IMG/VR virus record: IMGVR_UViG_3300025141_012985 | Location: 20,178 to 84,177 of that record | Origin: a virus | DNA: 64,000 bases | Strand: one strand, 5' to 3' | In this document: positions 58,499-64,000 of the stretch, one piece after another | Layout: each line of letters begins with the position of its first letter | Numbering within the stretch: the first letter of the stretch is position 1 | The notes under the pieces: generated by a model | The model's database searches: none | What the model saw: the letters and a program-made list of their open reading frames with translations, nothing else | Told to the model about the DNA's origin: nothing | Made by a program: the position numbers and the translations under genes

Positions 58499-60111
58499 GC
58501 ATGATTCGAACTAATAAGATTATTAAGTTTGATACTGTAGCTAGGGAGAGACTCTTAGAGGGTGTTAATATTTTAGCAAATGCCGTTAAGATAACTATGG
58601 GACCTAGAGGCCAGAATGTGATTATTGAACAGCAGTCTGGATCACCAACTCTAACTAAGGATGGTGTGACTGTTGCAAAGGCTGTGAACTTAAAAGATCA
58701 GTTTAATAATCTTGGAGTTCAAATTATCAAAGAGGCTGCGTCTAGAACTGCAGATGTCGCAGGAGATGGAACTACAACTGCTACTGTCCTGTCTCAGTCT
58801 ATATTTTCTGAGGGTGTAAAAATGCTTGCTGCTGGATTTCAATCGTCTGAGTTAAAAGCAGGAATTGAAACGGCTGTTCATGATGTCATACAGAGCTTGA
58901 GAGACATGTCAGTAGAGGTTACCTCTGACCTAGAGATAGAAAATGTAGGAACTATTTCTGCTAATGGAGAAAGTGAAATAGGAGAGCTCTTAGTCAAGGC
59001 AATTAACTCTGTCGGGAGAGATGGTGTTATTACGGTTGAAGAGGCAAAGGGATTTAATACAACACTGACGACAGTAGAGGGAATGAAAATAGAGAGAGGA
59101 TATCTTTCTCCCTATTTTATAAACAATCAAGATAAAATGATGTGTGAGATTAAAAATCCCCTAATCTTGCTTTCAAATAGTAAGATTTCAAATCTCAAAG
59201 ATATTATGAAAATTTTAGAAGAAGTCTTAGATTCAGGAAGGCCGTTATTTGTAATTGCTGATGATGTAGACGGCGATGCTATGCAGGGTCTTGTAGTTAA
59301 TCACATTAAGGGGACACTTCAGTCGTGTGCAATCCGAGCACCTGGATTTGGAGAAAACAGAGTTGCTATGCTTCAAGATCTTTCAATTCTATTAGATTGT
59401 GATATTATTTCTGAATCAACAGGAGTTTCGTTTAAAGATGCTTCAATAGAGAATCTTGGAACATGCAAGAGAATTGTTTGTGGAAAATCTGATACTGTAT
59501 TCATAGGGTGTTCAGGAGAGTCTGAAAAAATTAAGGATAGAGTCTTATCAATAAGAGAAAGACTGAAAGATAGGCTTATTGAAGATGCTGAAGTGTCTCT
59601 CTTAAAGGATAGATTATCCAAGCTTTCAGGCGGTGTTGCAATACTTAGAGTCGGCGGTGCTACAGAAATAGAACTTGGTGAAAGAAAAGATAGAGTCGAT
59701 GATGCTCTTCACGCAACGCAAGCCGCAATTGAAGAAGGAATCTTGCCTGGAGGTGGAGTTGCGCTTGTAAGGGCATCACAGTCACTTGATAAAAGATCAA
59801 ATGATAAGATGACAGGAGTCGATGCAGGAATTCAAATAGTTAGAAAGGCTTGCTGTGAACCTCTCCGCCAGATAGTGATAAACTCAGGAGGAACACCAGA
59901 TGTTGTTCTTGATAGAGTGATGTCTTTAGATTCTAGGCATGGGTACAATGCTTTCACAAATGAATATGGAGATATGATGTCTATGGGAATTATAGATCCA
60001 CTAAAGGTTGTTAGAACTGCTTTGGAAAATGCTTCATCTGCTGCTTCAATGATGCTTACTGTTGGATGTACAATGATTGAAGAAGAAATAGAGAGTTCTC
60101 AATCATTTTAG
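58495..60111 (+). CDS. groEL: Chaperonin GroEL
   Basis: TKDGVTVA, GDGTTT, GYLSPYF, GGG, GIIDP; lacks the GGM tail. Confidence 0.95.
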   Translation: MSMIRTNKIIKFDTVARERLLEGVNILANAVKITMGPRGQNVIIEQQSGSPTLTKDGVTVAKAVNLKDQFNNLGVQIIKEAASRTADVAGDGTTTATVLSQSIFSEGVKMLAAGFQSSELKAGIETAVHDVIQSLRDMSVEVTSDLEIENVGTISANGESEIGELLVKAINSVGRDGVITVEEAKGFNTTLTTVEGMKIERGYLSPYFINNQDKMMCEIKNPLILLSNSKISNLKDIMKILEEVLDSGRPLFVIADDVDGDAMQGLVVNHIKGTLQSCAIRAPGFGENRVAMLQDLSILLDCDIISESTGVSFKDASIENLGTCKRIVCGKSDTVFIGCSGESEKIKDRVLSIRERLKDRLIEDAEVSLLKDRLSKLSGGVAILRVGGATEIELGERKDRVDDALHATQAAIEEGILPGGGVALVRASQSLDKRSNDKMTGVDAGIQIVRKACCEPLRQIVINSGGTPDVVLDRVMSLDSRHGYNAFTNEYGDMMSMGIIDPLKVVRTALENASSAASMMLTVGCTMIEEEIESSQSF

Positions 60112-60155
60112 AAGTAATGGATTCTGTATGATAATTATTCATACAGGATTTTTCT

Positions 60156-60539
60156 ATGAAAAATACAGAGAAAGAACTTAGAAGTCTAGTTGGAAGTCTT
60201 TGCGAGGCAGACTTTAGGCTCAAAATTGCACTTTCAAAGACTACCCTTAGACTAATAATCCATCCAGATGGACATGTTCCAGATACTCTAACTAGAATTA
60301 GAGTCCTGGAGGGTGTATCTGTAGTCGGCCAGGGAGATAAAGTTGTTAGAAGCACACGTGGCGGAAATTCTATTTTATTAGTTTACGTTAAGTTCTTACC
60401 ACAAGATGGTTTGACAAATTATGACAACATATATAAATTGTGTAAAAATATCAAAAAGCTACCGGGTGTAGAGATTGTTAAAGTTATGACTGTCAACAAT
60501 AAAAAGGTTGTTCACAAGGGAAGACCGATTGTCGTCTAA
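60156..60539 (+). CDS. Hypothetical late protein
   Basis: ATAATTA at 60131; EKELRSLVGSLCE. Confidence 0.5.
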   Translation: MKNTEKELRSLVGSLCEADFRLKIALSKTTLRLIIHPDGHVPDTLTRIRVLEGVSVVGQGDKVVRSTRGGNSILLVYVKFLPQDGLTNYDNIYKLCKNIKKLPGVEIVKVMTVNNKKVVHKGRPIVV

Positions 60540-60607
60540 TTAAAAGTCTCAACCTGTCTATTATTTATTATTGTTCCCGTTCTTACTAGATTTTTTTGGA
60601 GGTTAGT

Positions 60608-60943
60608 ATGTCTAATTCTGGAAGCGAGTGGAGTCAAAAGCTCCAAGATTCTTTAACAGAGATTAAAATTTCATCAGCAAATGTTGAAGCAAGACTTGAT
60701 CAGCTTATGATTGGGATGCAGAAGCTAGAGACCTCTCTAGAAGAAATGAAGAATATTACTTCAAACCAGGAAACAAGACTTCAGCTTCTTGAAGCTCATT
60801 GTTCAAGAATACCAAATGCCCTTGGAGAAGACTTTGCCATCATGAAGTCACAGCTATCTTCATATAGAAGGGCTAGCTGGATGGTCGCTTCGGTTGTAGT
60901 TGGACTTGTTATTAAGACGTTCTTTGATATGGCAATACAGTGA
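60608..60943 (+). CDS. Coiled-coil protein with C-terminal TM helix
   Basis: ATG at 60608 after GGAGG (track 60596). Confidence 0.55.
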   Translation: MSNSGSEWSQKLQDSLTEIKISSANVEARLDQLMIGMQKLETSLEEMKNITSNQETRLQLLEAHCSRIPNALGEDFAIMKSQLSSYRRASWMVASVVVGLVIKTFFDMAIQ

Positions 60944-61146
60944 AAGTAATAGTCACTCACCTGAGAGATAATGATATAACATATTTTAACCATATGAAGA
61001 GAGCAGTAAAGTGGTCTGCAAGTCTTGCAATTACCAGTGTAGCACTTTCCATTCATGCATTTCTTCCCTTTGTCTTTACAAAAACGGCATCATCTGCAGT
61101 CAATAAAATAAACAAAGAAATGAATGTCAAAATAAATAAAAAATAA
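60940..61146 (+). CDS. DUF6356-like small protein
   Basis: HL...TYFNHM..A...IHAFLPFVF..TAS. Confidence 0.55.
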   Translation: MKVIVTHLRDNDITYFNHMKRAVKWSASLAITSVALSIHAFLPFVFTKTASSAVNKINKEMNVKINKK

Positions 61147-61157
61147 ACTGACATACG

Positions 61158-61185
61158 TGTAAAGAGCATAATGAAGTGTTATAAT
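61158..61185 (+). promoter_or_regulatory. Class A promoter TGTAAA-N16-TATAAT (extended TGn)
   Basis: Followed by the hairpin GGGTTA-AGCAAA-TAACCC at 61193-61210. Confidence 0.6.
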
Positions 61186-61263
61186 AGTTAATGGGTTAAG
61201 CAAATAACCCAAGGCAATCTTAATCAATCTTAATCAATCAAACTAATTCAAATAACGGAGAAA

Positions 61264-61491
61264 TTGATGAAGAAGTTCAATACTGATAGAATTTCAGTTA
61301 TGCCTGATGATGAGTTGAATTCAAATGTTTCAAAAATCAAAAATCAGCTCTCATATAGAAATCAAAGAGATAGTAGAGAAAATTTAGAAATCGAACTCTG
61401 CTATCTTCAGAGAGAAGTTTTTATTAGAAAGCTTCGAAAAAACGCGCATGAAAACTATCTTAAAACAAGAAGCTTTAAGAGAAGAGAATAA
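61264..61491 (+). CDS. Hypothetical protein
   Basis: RBS GGAG; LEIELCYLQRE. Confidence 0.55.
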   Translation: MMKKFNTDRISVMPDDELNSNVSKIKNQLSYRNQRDSRENLEIELCYLQREVFIRKLRKNAHENYLKTRSFKRRE

Positions 61492-61546
61492 TCAGGAAAA
61501 AAGAAATAAAGCCTTTTCTTTTTTTCATACATGATTAATTTTATAT

Positions 61547-61564
61547 TGACAGATATATCTGTCA
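61547..61564. promoter_or_regulatory. Perfect 18-bp palindrome TGACAGATATATCTGTCA (putative operator)
   Basis: Self-complementary; overlaps TTGACA; 28 nt before the sigma ATG. Confidence 0.6.
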
Positions 61565-61592
61565 TCAACCATATTACTAATTTAGAAATTAA

Positions 61593-62327
61593 ATGTCAAA
61601 CGTATTAAACTATTATTTTAAAGATGTATCTAGGTATGATCTACTTACTCGTGAAGAAGAGATTTCACTTTCTCAAAGGATTGAGAAGGGAGACCTGCAA
61701 GCAAGAGATCATATGATTCAATCTAATTTAAGGCTGGCAATCAGTATTGCAAAAAAATATTCTAGAATGGGATGCCCACTCGAAGACCTAATTCAAGAAT
61801 CTAACATTGGGCTTATGAAAGCAGTTGATAGATTTGACTGGCGAAGAGGGTTTAAATTTAGCACATATGCTAGCTGGTGGATTAAGCAATCTGTAAGTCG
61901 GCACCTTACTTCTCACAAGTCAACAGTCAGAGTCCCAGCACACGCTTCAGGTCTAATCTGGAAAATTAAAAAGCTTTGCAAAGAATATGAGGATGAATTT
62001 AAAAATCAACCTACAATTTCAGAAATTGCTGATCTTTTAGGTGTAACAGAGTCAATGGTTAAGCTAAGTATGGAGTCTGCTGTAATTCAAAATTCAATCT
62101 CTTTAGATGCTGCACTTGGTGATGAAAAAAATGGGAGAAGATTTGAAGAAATTATTTCTGATGATAGGACTGAGTCTCCAGATGACTCCCTTGATAGGCA
62201 AAAGACGCTTGCAGTTATTAAGCAATCTTTGTCAAAGTTGTCACCAAGAGAAGAAAAAATTCTAAGACTTAGATTCGGAATCTATGAAGACATAGAGCAT
62301 GATGAAGAGTTTAACATAACATCTTAA
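61593..62327 (+). CDS. Sigma70-family RNA polymerase sigma factor lacking region 4.2
   Basis: LLTREEE, SNLRLAISIAKKY, DLIQE, FSTYASWWIKQ, SLD, LSPREEKILRLRFG, then ends after 15 more residues. Confidence 0.9.
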   Translation: MSNVLNYYFKDVSRYDLLTREEEISLSQRIEKGDLQARDHMIQSNLRLAISIAKKYSRMGCPLEDLIQESNIGLMKAVDRFDWRRGFKFSTYASWWIKQSVSRHLTSHKSTVRVPAHASGLIWKIKKLCKEYEDEFKNQPTISEIADLLGVTESMVKLSMESAVIQNSISLDAALGDEKNGRRFEEIISDDRTESPDDSLDRQKTLAVIKQSLSKLSPREEKILRLRFGIYEDIEHDEEFNITS

Positions 62328-62357
62328 TTATAATAAATTTTAATTCAAGGAGAAAAA

Positions 62358-62639
62358 ATGTCTATGCCAAAGGGACTAAAGATAGATAGGGGATACGCCA
62401 CAGTCACTGATACTGATGGGATGGGATACCGTGAAATAGCTGAAAAGATGACAGGCGATGGATTTAAGATGAATCACTCTACTGCAAGGAATATATTTAT
62501 TTCAGCTATGAGGAAGATTGCAGAAGATATGATCACACTTTACGATACAAATCCTGATCAAGAAAAAATTGATCAAGTTTCAATAGACCCTAGATTTCAG
62601 TCAGGCGTCTCTGAAGCGATTAGAGATCTTGAGGTATAA
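62358..62639 (+). CDS. Stand-alone sigma region-4.2-like HTH protein
   Basis: GMGYREIAEKM...NHSTARNIFISAMRKI; own RBS AAGGAG. Confidence 0.6.
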   Translation: MSMPKGLKIDRGYATVTDTDGMGYREIAEKMTGDGFKMNHSTARNIFISAMRKIAEDMITLYDTNPDQEKIDQVSIDPRFQSGVSEAIRDLEV

Positions 62640-62642
62640 GCC

Positions 62643-62933
62643 TTGCTAAAGTTTATTTTTTCTGAGCTTTCTAATATTTCAAAGCAGACAGCTCTTCTTG
62701 AATCTCTTGGTTGGTCAGAAGAAAAGCTTGAAGAAGTTTTGCAAATATGCAATTCATCTATTTTAAAAATGACAGATAATTCTCATGAATATTCTTCACC
62801 TAATAGGTTTAGAGATGAGATCTCTCATGATCTACGTGACATTCTTACAGAAGATCAGACAAAGGCTGTTTTAGACATACTTAATGATATCATATCACAA
62901 AGTCTAGAGGGGATTATGTCAGATGGGAACTAA
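62643..62933 (+). CDS. Hypothetical protein
   Basis: RBS GAGG, TTG start. Confidence 0.5.
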   Translation: MLKFIFSELSNISKQTALLESLGWSEEKLEEVLQICNSSILKMTDNSHEYSSPNRFRDEISHDLRDILTEDQTKAVLDILNDIISQSLEGIMSDGN

Positions 62934-63225
62934 GTGGGATTATTATAGACAGAGAAGGGCGATAGACGTCTGTAAGTGGTCAGATCACTTAAAGATCAAG
63001 ACATATAAAGATATGTGCAAATATCTTTTAAGCATAGGTGTGATACCTCCGCAGGATGATCACGATGATGTTATTAAAATTTTATCTCTATCTCAACGTA
63101 AAGAGGTGAAACAAGACATCTCTAAGAAAGATGTATCAAAGACACCGAAGTCGAAAAGTAATCCAAAAAAACGGTTGACAAAAAAGAGGACATTAAATAA
63201 AACAAATAAAAGTAAAAAAATGTGA
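62923..63225 (+). CDS. Hypothetical protein with Lys-rich tail
   Basis: Coupled ORF. Confidence 0.5.
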   Translation: MGTKWDYYRQRRAIDVCKWSDHLKIKTYKDMCKYLLSIGVIPPQDDHDDVIKILSLSQRKEVKQDISKKDVSKTPKSKSNPKKRLTKKRTLNKTNKSKKM

Positions 63226-63434
63226 AAATGTCTTATTCTTTTTTACCAGGAGAGATAGTAAAAAATACATCTAAAAGACAGGGTCAAAGTGAAATAGGTG
63301 TACTTATAAAAAGATGCAATACGCATTCTGAATATTGGAATGTTTTAATTTCAGACGATGTTGTAACTTGGTTTGAACCAAATATAGAAAGATTTTCAGG
63401 CAAGATATGGAAGGCACAGAAGGAAAACAAGTAA
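63222..63434 (+). CDS. Hypothetical protein (small beta-barrel-like)
   Basis: PGEIVK...IGVLI...WNVL; coupled ORF. Confidence 0.45.
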   Translation: MKMSYSFLPGEIVKNTSKRQGQSEIGVLIKRCNTHSEYWNVLISDDVVTWFEPNIERFSGKIWKAQKENK

Positions 63435-63661
63435 CTGACTATGCATGGCTTGAGCTTTCTACGGGAACTGTTAGCTTTGCAATTAGTGAAAGAATCACGC
63501 TAACTCTCCCGCTTGAGGAGATGATGGATTTTTTAAATACAGTCAACTTAATATCTGATGCACTGAGGGATGTAGACGGCGTGTCTATCGGGACATATGA
63601 AAAAGAGGGTGTTGTCTATGAGCAATTTATGTTAACACCTGAAGAAGATGACTTTAACTAG
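63407..63661 (+). CDS. Hypothetical protein
   Basis: Coupled ORF; the start may be an internal GTA/ATG. Confidence 0.45.
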   Translation: MEGTEGKQVTDYAWLELSTGTVSFAISERITLTLPLEEMMDFLNTVNLISDALRDVDGVSIGTYEKEGVVYEQFMLTPEEDDFN

Positions 63662-63692
63662 TGTAGTAAATACTTATTGATGAGAGGGTCTT

Positions 63693-64000
63693 ATGAGACT
63701 TAGATTAAACGAAGTTAGAAAAATTATTAGAAAGCAGTTAATTCATCTTATTCTAGAGGCAGATGACGACGAAGAAAAGTCTCCAGGAGAGATGGCTGAA
63801 GAAGAAGAAGAAGAAGACGACGAAGAAGAAGAAGAAGACGACGAAGAAGACGACGAAGAAGAAGACGAAGAAGACGACGAAGACGAAGACGAAGACGAAG
63901 ACGACGAAGACGAAGACGACGACGAAGACGAAGAATCTGGAATTACAGGGGATAAGGCAAAAGTTGAAGTTGACAAAGCTTGGTCTGAAGGCAGGACGTT
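63693..64000 (+). CDS. Acidic late protein, truncated by the window end (not in the ORF track)
   Basis: MRLRLNEVRKIIRKQLIHLILEADDDEE...; ATACTTA at 63670; RBS GAGAGG. Confidence 0.7.
   Translation, partial: MRLRLNEVRKIIRKQLIHLILEADDDEEKSPGEMAEEEEEEDDEEEEEDDEEDDEEEDEEDDEDEDEDEDDEDEDDDEDEESGITGDKAKVEVDKAWSEGRT
63798..63935 (+). repeat. GAA/GAC trinucleotide tract encoding about 46 Glu/Asp
   Basis: Only GAA and GAC codons, in frame with the ORF at 63693. Confidence 0.9.

Noticed and set aside
341-61056. Numerous short minus-strand and nested ORFs in the track
   Set aside because: They lie within well-supported + strand genes and show no motifs or RBS; only 29012-29680 is retained.
63743-63976. 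Minus-strand poly-Ser ORF (and the similar one at 49837-50049)
   Set aside because: Antisense shadows of the + strand Glu/Asp tracts; the + frame has the promoter and RBS.
1-64000. Stop-codon reassignment, as in some large phages
   Set aside because: TAA, TAG and TGA all end genes, and long conserved genes are uninterrupted in code 11.
1-64000. Cellular (bacterial) origin suggested by dnaE, recA, groEL, dnaJ and clpP
   Set aside because: These genes are interleaved with a gp32-like SSB, virion and lysis genes on one strand, with no ribosomal or core metabolic operons.
1-64000. CpG depletion as evidence of cytosine methylation
   Set aside because: Only a visual impression, confounded by AGA codon preference; it needs computing.

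Overview
A 64-kb, AT-rich, gene-dense fragment of a large (jumbo-type) tailed dsDNA bacteriophage, read in the standard genetic code, with nearly all genes on the + strand. Spanin-like and LpxH-like genes suggest a Gram-negative host. Replication and repair genes: gp32-like SSB, RecA/UvsX, 5'-3' exonuclease, DnaB-like helicase, DnaE, an exonuclease-less PolA-like polymerase, class II RNR and an MBD4-like glycosylase. Virion and lysis genes: a baseplate hub, large repetitive fibre-like proteins, an endolysin and a holin/spanin-like trio. Proteostasis genes: ClpP, DnaJ, a second J-like protein and GroEL. Five observations stand out. (1) A sigma70 stops just before region 4.2 and is followed by a separately translated region-4.2-like HTH gene, i.e. 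an apparently split sigma; two promoter classes are visible (TGWAMA-N16/17-TAnnnT and a bare ATAnTTA). (2) A pyrimidine-modification-like gene set: ThyX with Ser->Cys and other active-site changes, a deoxyribosyltransferase-family protein, two all-alpha dNTP pyrophosphatases, and an NMP kinase fused to a truncated thymidylate-synthase fold carrying the dCMP-type Asp. (3) About a dozen unrelated late proteins, including SOD-, PCD- and nuclease-like cargo, share an LRxxIRE-type helix and LxE sites, suggesting a capsid-loading tag. (4) An operon of three unrelated nucleotidyltransferase folds. (5) A GTTA-repeat plus hairpin leader behind a DUF5659-like gene, and a probable -1 frameshift. No tRNA, CRISPR array or transposase was recognised. 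All family assignments come from motifs read by eye, not from database searches.
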